From Squalus acanthias (Eukaryota): 64,000 nucleotides of DNA. Of this stretch, positions 36,200-48,796 are shown piece after piece. A program made the position numbers and the translations under genes. Location: contig CM059431.1 of NCBI GenBank assembly GCA_030390025.1, positions 127,288,001 through 127,352,000 of the forward strand. Reading direction: 5' to 3'. A model generated the notes under the pieces. It was not told the DNA's origin. It did no database searches and saw only the letters and a program-made list of their open reading frames with translations. Position 1 is the first letter of the stretch; the number at the start of each line of letters is the position of its first letter.

Positions 36200-39155
36200 T
36201 CTGGCTGTGAAATTCAGCACCTTAGCGCCAGCTGATAAGGCTGGTTTCGGAGAAAAAATGGCAGCTGCCTTGCTTCTGCCCACTTCCGGTGGGTCCAGCG
36301 GTGGCCGCCATTTTGGGCAAGTCGGCAACGCGACCGTTGCCTGTGCTCGCTTGAGAAATGGTCATGAGGAAGATTGTGACGTCAATCAGTGTGCAAAGCT
36401 GATTTGATGCATGACCTGCCATTTTCGACACCACCGCTCCATTCAGCGCCCTCTCCAAATTACTAACAGCTGAACATGCATTCAGCAGCAGGAAGGACCC
36501 CCCACTGGTGCTATTCAGCAACAAATTGCAGGTGACTTGCTTTTCGATTTCTGCTGGCTCTGTGTAAGTTTGTGCAACTGTTTGGAGCTTTCTACAGTTA
36601 TTTAAGTTGGTGAGGTGACAGTGAATGGTGCTGCAAGTGAAAAATGACTTGCTTCTGATTTAAAGGATTCTGCTCACACCACTTGCTCCCAGTCATGGGG
36701 GCTCTAGTTGCAGTCCCCTCGTGCTCGAGATTGACAGGGAGATGGAGCAGAGGCAGCGACCAAGAGGACAAGCTGCCTCCACAACTTAGCTATCATGAGG
36801 GCACAGACCTTGCCACCAAGGGTTCCGTGACCACCTCAAGAGGAGGAGGAGGAGGAGGAAAGGAGGAGGCAGGTAGAAAATCCTCGTTCTGGACAGGCTG
36901 TCCTTGAACGTCTCATCAAACACTGGTTCCCCTGAATGAACCCCAGATCCCCGTTGCTCAACACTTCCCCACCTTACCATCCCTCTGTCACAAAACATCA
37001 CAGCATCCTCTTAGGCACAAAGCTGAAATGAGAGCCATCACAAAACAAATATTCCAAACATAATTTATAAATTAATCAATGCAAAGCTACACAACAACGT
37101 CAACTAATCACACTTGTTCATTCCCTTAGTGTCTGTCTTTCGTGTTCCTTTTCCTACTTTAGTGCTCCTATGCAGTGCTACCCCAGTGGCTGCCGCATGG
37201 CTTGTGGAAGGCTGCTGACATTTTGTGGACGAGACTGCGGATGGCCTTGCAGGACGACCTCGAGCTGCTCTTGGCCTAGAAGGCCGGGCTGTAGACTGCA
37301 CCGCCTCGGCATAGGTGGCAGCAGTCTGAGCTGGCTGGCTGACAGGCTAGAGCAAGGGCACTGGCGGAGTGGCAGGGGTGGGAGTTGGAATGCTGTCATC
37401 CTGAGAGAGGACAGCAAGTTCTTTCTGCACTGAGCCGCTGCCACTCCCCCAGGACGGTGCCTCAGCATTCCTAGCCATCTATTGGAGCACAGATTGCTGG
37501 AGTGCTGTGAGACCCTGCAAGCCCCTTTCCACACTCGTAAACCCAGCCAAGATGGCATCAGTCTGAGCTTGCATGGCAGCAAGCTGAGCCTGCATGAGAG
37601 CAGTCTGTGCTTCCACTGCAGCACTGAGAAGATGGGTCGCTTCCACTTGTGCTGCAGTGGAAGCTGTGACATTGCACATCACACCCAGCATCATGGTTGG
37701 GTCCATAAGTGTCCTAATGGAGTTCACCTTCATTTCCATCCTGGAAATCATGGGCTCCAAGCTCCGCACAAAGCCCCGTGCAAGGTTGTAGCCGGACGAC
37801 TTCATGCTCCTTGACACTGACAAGTGGTTCTCTGGCAGGCTTGCCATTGCACCAAGCATATCTGTGTGCATGCCCATCACCCTTCCTCTGTCGGCCGCCC
37901 TGTCAAAGTCATCATCTGAATCCTGTGCAGCAGAACCCATGTGCAAACTCGCCCTCAAGGGAGCTGGCACCCAAAGTACCTGCCTGGCTGCAGCCCACTC
38001 TTGCCCGGTGACTCACCATGTGCAGATCCCACCTTTATCCTACCCTCTAAAGTACATACAGTGTCATTTTCGTGCCTGGGAGTGTCAGATCGAGTGATGG
38101 TGCCTCTTCTTCTCCTTCACTCTCCTCCTCCACAGCTTCGGGGACAGGCTGTGCTGCTGGCAGTTCTTGGGTATCTAAAAGGAGAAAGGCACAAGGGTTG
38201 GGTTGTGGTGAGGGGAGGGGAGAAAGCAAGGTGTGCATGGTTACACCATCAACAGCTTATAAGTGAGAAGAGGTTGTGGAATGAGGGGGAAGTAGGGTGT
38301 GAGAAGAAGGATTAGGTATACACATCCAATCAGTAATGCTTTTCAACCTTGCAGCTCGCCACGGCCTCAGTGACGGCCCCTCCAATGATCTCCAGCACTG
38401 TCTCCTCCAGCTCAGTCAGGTTCTGAAGTCAGGCTTCTCCTCCGCCCATCTATGCTACTCACACAGTTGTATGCCACCTTTGCCTGCAAGAGAAAGGAAA
38501 GTGTGTCAGTGAGTATGGTGCAATGTGTTTGGGTTATGTGCCTGACATGGTTGAATAGCTGGAAGTGTGTGCATGGTGTGAGATGCGGGTGTCAGTCTTG
38601 CAGCAGTGGTATGTGTGTGAGGGTGAGGTGAAGCTATGATTGTGATGTATGAGTCATGATTGCTAGAGATTGTTGGTAGGTGAGTGATGGGGGTATGCTG
38701 CATTGAGCAATGTGTGAGGCTAGTGGTGCAGAGGGTAGGATATGGTATTTGAAGATTTACCTTGACCACTCGTGTGAGGTCATTAAACTTCTTGGGGCAC
38801 TGGATCCAGGTCCTGGGGACAACACACTTGGCAATGACGGCTTGTGCTATTTCCTCCCACTGCCTTCTGTCGTACTGCCTGGAAGGCCTCCTGTCCCCCT
38901 GCGGTTAGTGGACCTGATGTCTTCTGTGCACCCTCAGGACCAAGATCTCCAGTGCCGCATCTGAGATCCTCCTTGCCCTCTCTCTTCCCTGTTGAGCCAT
39001 GGCTTCAGAGAGGCAAGGAGATGCTTCTGCAACAAAGCAGTACAGGGAGCCTACGCAAAATGTTATTGGCCAGTAGACTGCACCGATATTGGCCCCCTCC
39101 ATCAGCATGTTTATCACTGAGATCAACGCTCCAATTATTATATGCAATTTTCCAA
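36200..39155. mobile_element. PIF/Harbinger: decayed 3-exon Myb/SANT gene (minus, about 39000-37104) and transposase stub (plus, about 36694-36850)
   Basis: MAQQGRERARRISDAALEILV; exon 3 AAQDSDDDFD...MGMHTDMLGAM and AVLSQDD-type segments match the other copies. Confidence 0.85.
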
Positions 39156-39162
39156 TCTAGTT

Positions 39163-39330
39163 AGGGCATCTGGTCCTGGGGATTTGTCACTCTTTAGTGT
39201 CATTATTTTCTTCATTACTGCTGTTTAGCATACAATAATTTTATTGTGTCCCTGTCCCTGATTCAATATTAGTTTCCTTGGGATGCTATCCTTTTCCTCC
39301 ACTGTAAATACTGACGCAATGTAATTATTC
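39163..39330 (-). mobile_element. CR1 ORF2 fragment
   Basis: LNNYIASVFTVE...KSDKSPGPDAL. Confidence 0.8.
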
Positions 39331-41498
39331 AAAAAATTCTCCTGATCTCTCCTCTGGATCTTTTGCCTATGATTTAAAATCTATGACCACTAGTTATTGA
39401 CCCACTCGCCAGAGGAAATAATTTTTCACTATCTACTTGCTGTTTTCTGTCCTTAAGCCAATTCCTTATCCAAGCTGCCACTGACCCACCTATTCCATGA
39501 GCCTCAATTTTGTTAACCAGCCTTCTACTTGGTACTTTGTCAAACGCCTTCCGAAAATCCATGTAGACAACATCCATTACATTCCCTCCATCAATCCTCT
39601 CTGTTACTTCATCAAAAAATTCAATTAGATTAGTCAAACACGATCTGCCTTTTACAAATCCGTGTTGGCTCTCCTTAATTAGCTTAAACCTCTCCAAGTG
39701 CCCATTAATGTTTTCCTTGATTATTGTTTCTACAACTTTACCCACCACTGATATTAAACTGACCGGCTTGCAGTTACTAGAATTATCCTTACACCCTTTC
39801 TTGAACAATGGTGTCATATTTGCCACTTTGCATACCTCAGGCACCTCCCCTGCATCTGGGAAAGATTGGAAAATGATGGCAAGCCCATCCGCTATCTCCT
39901 CCCCCAATTACCTTAGCAACCTGGGATGCAAGCCATCTGGACCAGCCGACTTATCCACTCTAAACATACCCAGCCTTTCTAGTACATCCTGTCAATCAAT
40001 TTTCACCCCTTCCATTGCTTCTACCTTTTCCACTTCTACCGATATTTTGTCAGCATCCACCTCCTTAGTAAACACCAATACAAAGTACTCATTGTGAATT
40101 CTAGCCTTGCCCTGTGCCTCTAAGCATATATCACCTTCTTTGTCCCTAATAGGCCCCACCCCGCTTACTGTTTACATGCCGGTCGAAGATTTTTTGGTTC
40201 CCTTTATGTTAACTGCCATTGTACTCTCATATTCTCTCTCTGTCAATCTTATTTTCATCTTCACTTCCCCTCTCAACTTATTGTATTTGATCTGTTTCTC
40301 CCTTGATGAATTCACCTTTTATTGTTTCATCATCTTCTCTATCTCCCTTGTCATCCAAGGAGCCCTTGCTTTGGTTCCCTTACCCTTCCCTCTTGTTGGA
40401 ATGTACCTAGCCTGTACTTGGAACATCTCCTCCTTAAAGATCACCCATTGTTCCGTTACAGTTTTTCCTGTCAGTCTTTGGTTCCATTTTACCCTGGCTA
40501 GATCCTTTTGCATCCCATTGAAGTTAGCCCTATTCCAGTTTCGAAGTTCCACTCTAGATTGTTCCTTGCTCCGCTCCATTGCTAATCTAAATCTGATGAT
40601 ACGATGATCACTCGTACCCAAATGTTCTCCCACAGACACTTGGTCGACCTGGCCCACCTCATTCCCCAGCACCAGATTCAGCAATGCCTCCTTTCTAGCT
40701 GGGCCAAGAACATACTGGTCAAGGAAATTCTCCTGAACACATTTCAGAAATTCCTCCCCCTCCTTTCCCTTTACCCTAGCATTATCCCAATCGTTATTTG
40801 GATAATTAAAGTCCCCCAATATCACCACTCTATAACACTTGCATATCTCTACGATTTCCCTGCAGATTTGCTCCTCTACCTCCCTCTCACTATTTGGAGG
40901 CCTATAGAATACCCCCAATAGCGTGACCATACCCTTTTTGCTCCTCAACTCTAACCAAATGGATTCTGTCCTTGTCCCCTCAAGAACATCCTCCCTTTCC
41001 AACACTACAATGTCTTCCATAATCAGCACTGCCACCCCACCTCCCTTTTTTCCTTCCCTATCTTTTCTGAACACCTTGTACCCTTGAATATTAAGTGCCC
41101 AGTCCTCACCATTTTTAAGCCACATTTCCGTTATTGCCACAACATCATATTGCCACACGACGAATTGTATGTGTAGCTCACCAATCTTATTCACCACACT
41201 TTGTGCGTTTATGTACATGCATTCTAAACGCATTTTTGAATTTTTCGTATTCTTTCTTAGTCTGCTCCTATCTAATGGGCCAGAAATTCCTCAGGAATCT
41301 AAAGCCCTCCCTCCTGCACCATCTCTCCAGCCACGCATTCATCTGTTCTATCCTCCTGTTCCTGTACTCACTAGCACATGGCACCAGGAGTAATCTGGAG
41401 ATTACTACCTTTGAGGTCCTGCTTTTTAATCTCTTTCCTAGCTCCCTATAGTCTGCCTGCAGGACCTCATCCCTCTTTCTGCCTATGTCGTTGGTACC
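39331..41498 (-). mobile_element. CR1 segment (ORF1 end, endonuclease, RT N-terminal half, deletion, ORF2 C-terminal piece)
   Basis: IGTNDIGRKR, FYRPPNS, LGDFN, SDH, YMDFRKAFDKV, WLKDRKQQV joined to VDSEKLFP...RRIF. Confidence 0.92.
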
Positions 41499-42405
41499 GA
41501 TAGAGGTAAGCGGCATTGTAGGCAGTGTAGATGAAAGCATAAAATTACAAAAGGATATTGATAGATTAAGTGAATGGACTGAACTGTGGTCGATGGATTT
41601 CAATGTAGGTATTTGTGAGGTCATCCACCTTGGACCTAAAAAGGATAGAGCAGGGTACTTTCTAAATGGTGAAAAGCTAAAAGCAGTGGAGATCCAAAGA
41701 GACTTGGGGTCCAGGTACATAGATCATTGAAATGTCATGAACAGGTAAAGAAAATAATCAAAAAGGCTAATGGAGTGCTAGCCTTTATATCTTGTGGACT
41801 AGAATACAAGGAGGTAGAAGTTATGTTGCAGCTATACAAAGCCCTGGTTAGACCACACCTGGAGTACTGTGAGCAGTTCTGGGCATCACACCTTAGGAAG
41901 GATGTATTGGTCTTGGAGGGAGTGCAGCGTAGCTTTACCAGAATGATACCCGGACTCCAAGGCTTAAATTACAAGGAGAAATTACACAAACTAGTGTTCT
42001 ATTCCCTGGAATTTAGAAGGTTAAGGGTGATTTGATTGAAGTTTTCAAGATATTAAGGGAAACAGATAGGGTAGATAGAGAGAAACTATTTCTGCTGGTT
42101 GGGGAATCTAGGACTAGGGGATATAGCCTAAAAATTGGAGCCAGATCTTTCAGGAGTGAAATTAGGAAACACTTCTACACACAAAGGATGGTAGAAGTTG
42201 GAAACTCTCTTCCGCAAACAGCAATTGATGCTAGATCAATTGTTAATTTTAAATCTGAGATTGATAGATTTTTGTTAATCAAAGGTATTAAGGGAAATGG
42301 GCCAAAGGAGTTATGCAGTTAGGTCGCAGATCAGTCATCATCTCAATGAATAGTGGAACAGGCTCGAGGGGCTAAATGGTCTACTCCTGTTCTGATGTTC
42401 CTATG
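41499..42405 (+). mobile_element. 5'-truncated CR1 (RT C-terminus to tail)
   Basis: LQKDIDRL, LVRPHLEYC, FYTQRMV, tail ttcctatg. Confidence 0.92.
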
Positions 42406-42640
42406 TTTTTCACTCAGTGAGTTGTCGGGATCTGCAATGCTCCACCTGAAAAGGTGGTGGAAGCTGATTCCATAAATAATTTTAAAAGGGAGTTGGACAG
42501 GTATTGAGGATGTGGAGCTTACAGGGTTACGAACAAAAGGCAGGGATGTGGAACTAAGCATGACTGTTCTTTCAAAGAGCCAGCACAGACATGATGGGCT
42601 GAATGGCCTATTTCTGTGCTGTAAGTTTCTATGATTTCTA
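42406..42640 (+). mobile_element. CR1 3' end, apparent continuation of 39331
   Basis: FFTQ*VVGI...FKRELD, 3' UTR, ttctatgatttcta tail. Confidence 0.8.
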
Positions 42641-42671
42641 GGAACTATAATTTATGTACATTAAACACGGC

Positions 42672-43804
42672 AGGCTGGAATTTCCTCCGTGGGTACAATC
42701 CGAAAGTTAGATTCAAAAATGCGCCTATTCCTCCGCCCATTCTGCCGCAGTCAAGTTAGGCACAAAGTAATGCGAATCTCATTAGAATATGCCTGAACTT
42801 AAAATTGGCATAAATGGGTGCAAATCAGTGTGAACAATTGGGGTCCAAGGAACTCACACTATATATTCTTCTTTAAGAATGAATATTAAAGTTTCAACTC
42901 ATTCAACTATCATTCATGTACATTAGGCACAGCATGTTTAAGAATTTGCAATTGAGAAAGCTTTTCAATTTTTAATGTGACATACTGATGCCATAAAAAT
43001 GCATTAAAAGATACAGAAAATACAGGGAAGGTCTCAGTGAGGATAAATTTGGGGAAAAAAATCAAGAAGTTGCAATTAAACATCAGTAAAATTACTTTGT
43101 TTCCTGCTGTGCCTGAAAATCTGGTTGTAATTGGAAAGAGCCTCTGAGCAAGTGCAATTGTAAGAAACTCGTGTGTGAGGCTCTGTAACTTGGGGGCGGG
43201 GCAGATTTATGGGCAGAGATGTGTTCGGGCAGACGAATTGATAGACGGCCGTGAAAGATCAAGGAGATTTGGGCGCAATGTGGTTGAGGCACGTACTTCA
43301 CCTATGTTCAAAATTCATCAAAGTTTAAGCCATCTAATTGGTTTGTGCCCAGGTTACGTGTGCCTCTGGGTACAAACACCGAGGAAATTCAAAGACATTT
43401 AAGAAAATGTAATTGTGGAAGCTTTTCAATGTTTAGTGCAACTCATTATGATACCATGTGCATTCAAAGAAACAGTCAAAATTCTTAATAAAAATAAATC
43501 AGCATAAAACACCAGAAATATGATAACGGATCCTGCTGTGCATACAGTTTTGAATCTGCGTAATTGTAGGAAAGTAGCGTATACCGCTCTCTTCCATGGA
43601 ACAAGGAGCCAAGATAATAAGTCATGATGGGTCTGGCCGCAGGTCTCAGTGAACGGGTGTAAAAGATTGAGGAAACTCGGGCATGTCGCAAGTACGTGCA
43701 TAACCCGCTTACGCCCAAATTTCTTCAATCTTTTATGCTGGAAATAAGCCTTACACCACGACTGAGCATGTTTTTAGGTGCAAATTCGCAGGAAATTCTG
43801 GGCC
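42672..43804. mobile_element. Harbinger-type non-autonomous element
   Basis: TIRs aggctggaatttcctccg / cgcaggaaattctgggcc. Confidence 0.6.
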
Positions 43805-44140
43805 AAAGTGCTATACTTTTTGAGGGTTGCAACACAACACTTGGTCAAGATGAAGGAGCTCATCTTGACAGCACCAAAGTTATGTCCTGGAACATTACTT
43901 TCGGCATGGACTGCAGATGCTGCAGTTTTCTCTTTTGGGAGTTTGAAATAGATACATTCTGTAGAGGTGCATCTATTTCAACAGGTACGCAAGTTATTAG
44001 TGAGGACCCAGGGAAAGTCAGCTGAGGCAAAACTGCATTTTTTATTTCTGATCTTTCATTTGAGGCAACAAATACACTCGGTGATCTGCTGTCCTAAACA
44101 AAGCTGCAGTCCCCTGGATGATACACTTTGACGTCATCTA

Positions 44141-45823
44141 TGTAAAGTTTCGCAATTATCGCGATTCGAAATAACGAGATAGAAGCAGATTCGTTTGATC
44201 AGTTTATTTAAACGAAATGCTGTCATGATTAAACAAGACACAGAAGCCTGTAAAATGGCCGCCGCGCATCGTGGCAGAAGTTTCCAGAAGCACAGTGGGC
44301 AGACAAGATGGCGTTCGAATAAACATTTTCGATAAGCACTGATAAAGACAGGATGCAACCTGTTTGCATTTGTGACAATAGCAAAAGATATGAGTACTGG
44401 AATCGTTTTCCATGCACAAGTAAGGACCATTGTACTGGGCAATCGAAGGCCCATCCAGACACATCAATACAAAATTCCCCCACGGCTCTACAATGAGAGA
44501 GCCATTCTCGGGTGATTAAACAAGTATTCGGGGGCCCCCAAAACCCAGCCAGGGAGGCTCCGAGCTGGTTCAACAATGGGGAAAACATTAACGGGTAGTT
44601 GGCCAGTCTCAGGTGCTACCGAAACCCGTTAAAGACAAGAATCACCCCATGCTGGGAGTTCTGAGCGCCAATATTTCACAAAGGACAAACATTAAGATTT
44701 GGGCGGGAGATAAGGGAACACAGCACTATAACTATAGACGACAAATGTCCATCGCTCTCTTATTCTCTTACTCCCTTGATTCAATTCTTATTCGCTTGAT
44801 TCGTGCTCGTGTTTCTCTGGACTGTTGACTGTGGACTTTTAGCCGCACTGGACGGTTATTCGAATGTTGGGTGGAGCTCAAACGGAACGAGCCGCCTCGA
44901 CGAAGGCCGGTAACCGGGTGCACCATCCCGAGTGTCGGTAAACGGTGTTCTGGACCCGAAGGCCCGAAGAGACGAGACGAGGCGAGATGAGAAGAGAAGA
45001 AGAAGAATCCACGTGCCGCCGCGGTCAGTAAACCCCGACCGCGCCGAATTTATACGAACTCTATCAGTTACTGCACGAACTGGTCATAGATTTTTCCTCG
45101 AATTTTATCGACAACCGGTGTCGATACAGGAAGACTCTTCTTTGAATTCTACCGGCAACTGGTGTCGGTCCAGGAAGACTCTTCTTTGAGTTCTACAGCC
45201 GGGCCCGAGCACTGTCGAGTTCTTCATGACAACGGGGAGCCCAGCCTGCTTGCAGCAGCAGCGAAAGTAAACAAGTGGGGTACCGAGACCCCTCAAAACA
45301 CGTGACAGTCAGGCGCTGCAGTGAAACGAGCCGAGCGCCTCACTTTAAAATTCTCCGAAGTATCACGAGTGGTGAGCATGTTTCCCGATCCTACAAATCT
45401 AGATGTAGTGTAGGTATTGATAGGGGAGGGTAGTTTTATTAAGGATAAAGTATAATGTGTTCCCCTTTTTACGATGTGCCGTGCGTTCTTCATTACCATA
45501 GACCAAGCTTTATGAATGTATGTATACTTGTACTATCGTTAATTTGTGCCTATGACATGTACTTCATGATTTTGGACGCTATGCAATAAAGATTTCCATT
45601 TCGTACTATTCAACCGGGTCTATTTGAGTTTTTCTCTGCATTACTGCTCTCGCACCTAAGTCCAATGTTAGAACCGTAAGGGCGAGTGGGTCGAACCACT
45701 CACAGGTGCTTATTGCAACAAGGCTGGCCGGAGACCAGAGCAAGCAATAGTATTGGGCAACGAAGGCCTAACCCTGCACCAGCACCGTCTGCGATACAAG
45801 CACGACACGCAGAACCCCTTACA
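44141..45823 (+). mobile_element. Solo LTR, 1683 bp, unclassified (Gypsy or retroviral)
   Basis: TGTAA...TTACA termini; 4-bp TSD tcta (44137-44140 and 45824-45827); AATAAA at 45585; related copy from 63560. Confidence 0.9.
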
Positions 45824-46569
45824 TCTAGAAGCATGTTTTTAAGTTGTGATATTATGTAACATTGGCTCTTCCATACTGGCCTGGTTGCATTTCTGCACAT
45901 ACTGGACCCAGTGTTCTTTGAAACTTTGAGTGCCTTTGTGCATCCATGGGCAGATGTGCACTGAACAGTGCTTAAGTGCTGCAATTACCCAGTGGTGCTC
46001 TAAGGTTCGGAGGAGATTCGAGAGCACAGTCTGTGAAATGCATGCAACCCAGCTGCAGTCACACCAAAGTCTTCTTACCAGTACAAGTTTGCTGGCCCTC
46101 AGAGCTAGGCTCACACCAGTGGGCAGGCATAGAGTGGTCTCCAGTCACAATATTGTGATCTCACATTCAATTCTGATGCGTAGTGTTGGCTTCAGCTACT
46201 GCACTGGACCCAACACAGCAATACACTACAGCCGGACTGACACCTTACGTAGGCATTCGTGGAGGTGGTGCAGCTGAATCAAAGATTTTGCTGCTCCTTA
46301 CTATGAGATGTGTGCCAGATCGATGCCATTACTGGTACAAAAATTGAAATGTTATAACGGATAGGTTGAGAGCAGATGCAATTTTAAATTCTACTGACAA
46401 GACTGTGTTCACTAAAAACTCTTTTGCTAATCCATCCTCGGCTTCTGATAATTCAATACCTGTTTGCAACCTGGATGTTGCTTGTTTGGCTGAGAAAGAA
46501 CAGCCATGACTACAATCCATGAAGGTAGATATCTGCTCCTCAATTTCCTTTTCCTCTCATCAATGATCT

Positions 46570-47226
46570 TGGCCTATAAATTTGGCCGTGTAACATCATT
46601 TTTTGGGCACCAGCATGGCGGGCAGGAAATGCATGCACATTTCTCGATGTGCGGCACCCACCATATTGGTACAGCAAAATAATAGGTGTTTGCATATGCA
46701 AATAAGAGGCCTAACACCAGTTTGAGGCCCAAATTTCAAGATTTGCCATGAGGCACTCATTAAAACCAGACCTTGGGACGACCTACAAGGTTAATTTTTT
46801 TTCATTAATTTATCTGAATGTGGAGCACATTTAAAGAACGCCGCTCCCCCCCCCCACCGACACAGCCTCCGATGCTCCCCCCTGGCCTCCGATGCTCTAC
46901 CCGATCTGGCCTACAATACTCCCCCTGCACCCAATGCTCCCCCACCACCCGGTATCCGACTCTCCCTCTCTTAGGAACACAAGGCCTAAATCCCTTAGCT
47001 TATCCATCTCTCCCTCCTCCTTTAAAAATGATTTCCCAGAAGCCTATCTGTGAAGCAACTTGGGACTTTTTTTACATTAAAAGTACGGTGTAAAAAGATG
47101 ATTTTCTTGTTGTTGAAACGTCATGATTCACCAATATCAGGGGGCGCCTCAGGCTGACCATTCAGGGGCAGGGAATGAATCCTGCGCTCTCCGGGCCCAA
47201 AAATGGGGGCGCCCGAATATCTACCT
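46570..47226. mobile_element. Harbinger-type non-autonomous element containing an L2-tail duplicate
   Basis: ggcctataaattt start, cgaatatctacc end, tgcatatgcaaat motif; TIR match is poor. Confidence 0.45.
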
Positions 47227-47799
47227 CCTTGGCTCTGTCATTTTACCTTGATAATTGACTGCTGTCATAAGGTCTTTTTATACACTTGAGGATCAATGGG
47301 AGAAAAATTCGGTTGCTTTGCACTTCCTGTTAGCGCCCTAAGAGGCACTAATGTGGCGCAAAGCAACTAGCGCCCAGGCGCGGCGATGTTTACACCGCTC
47401 ACGAAATTGACCAGAGTTTTTGCAGCGGCGCTAAACTCTACTGCCACGATCTCCTGCGCCTGCCGATCATGACGTCAGTCGAGCGTGCAACGCCCCGGTG
47501 GCACCCCGGACCGGATATTGAGTGGTGCCCCCTTTCTTTCCGCCTGGCGCAAGCAACGACAGGGAGACTGGAACGTTTTGCAGTCGGTAAGGGGCTGGGG
47601 GAGCACTATTTAAAGGCGCCCTCTTCCTGCCTTTTTTTGTGGGAGACATTTTTGCACCACTCATTCTGAGAGAGAGAGAGATTCTGAGAGAGAGAGAGAG
47701 ACTTCTGCAGAGACTCAACGCTGTGTGAAGTAGTTTTGGCTACTGTGCATCACTTTACAGGTTCTTTTAGATTTGACCTTGATTGCTTCGATTGTCAAG

Positions 47800-48520
47800 A
47801 GACTTTGGGGGCTGCACTGATTCGGGGCATCGTCCTGCGCCTGCAAAATCGGAGGCATCAGAGATGCAGAGAGAGAGTGGCAAACATGGCCAGAGGGAGG
47901 AGGGCCAATGGGCCTCTGCACAGGAGACCTTAACCTCCCAGGGTATTCCGAGAACAATTCTCCTAAATTAATTTGTCTGAGGAGCAGTGTCTGCACAGGC
48001 CGCGCTTCAGTAAGGAGGTGGTCACTGAGCTCTGCCACCTGCTGCAACCAGATCTGCAGCCTCAACTGAGGACCAGGACGTCTCTGTTGGTGGCAGTAAA
48101 GGTCACAGTGGCTCTAAATTTTTATGCCACCGGCTCCTTTCAAGCAGCTACTGGGGACATCGCCAATATCTCCCAGTTTGCGGTCCATTGCTGTATCCGG
48201 GAGGTGACAAATGCCCTCTATAAAAGGAGATGCCAGTACACCTCTTTCCTGATGATCCTGCAGTACTCTCCTGAGCGAGTCTCCCTCTTCATAGTTGTTT
48301 GCTGCATTCTTCATAGTTGTTTGCTGCATTCTTCATAACCTTGCAATCCTCAGGACCTAGCCAATGCCACCAGGCCTTGGAGCACCACCGGAGGAGGAGG
48401 AGGAGGAGGAAGAGGAGGAGGATGATCAGCAGCAGCACCAAAGCGGGAGGGAGGGAGGCCCACAATGTTGAAACTGTTGAAAGGGCCGTCCGTCAATGGC
48501 TGATACAAGCCGCTTCTAGG
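47800..48520 (+). pseudogene. Harbinger transposase, catalytic core deleted
   Basis: RRP*PPRVFREQFS*, LNFYATGSFQAATGDIANISQ, then YTSFLM joined directly to LQYSPERV; stops at about 47931 and 47964. Confidence 0.9.
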
Positions 48521-48796
48521 CCCCTACTCAGAAGATGGCTTCTGGCATGGAGAACAACATGATGGAAAGCAACCCGCAACCCCTATAGCTGGCCAAGGCA
48601 GCAATGATTCCAAAGGCCAAACATGTACATTTAGAAAACAACAACTTTTTTATTTTACAAACTCTGTGTGTGTCATATATTCATGGCAAACTAATAGAAA
48701 CAAACACAACAAATCATTAATTAACATAACTGGTTCTCACAACCTGGAGATAATGGCCAAAACACTAAACAAAAGTTATCAGACAAACCTCGCCCT

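Noticed and set aside
39422..42414. tttttcact as a TSD around an inverted CR1
   Set aside because: Both copies are explained as internal CR1 coding sequence on opposite strands.
44134..45499. Short ORFs inside the long LTR as accessory genes
   Set aside because: All are under 120 aa, on both strands, with no motifs.
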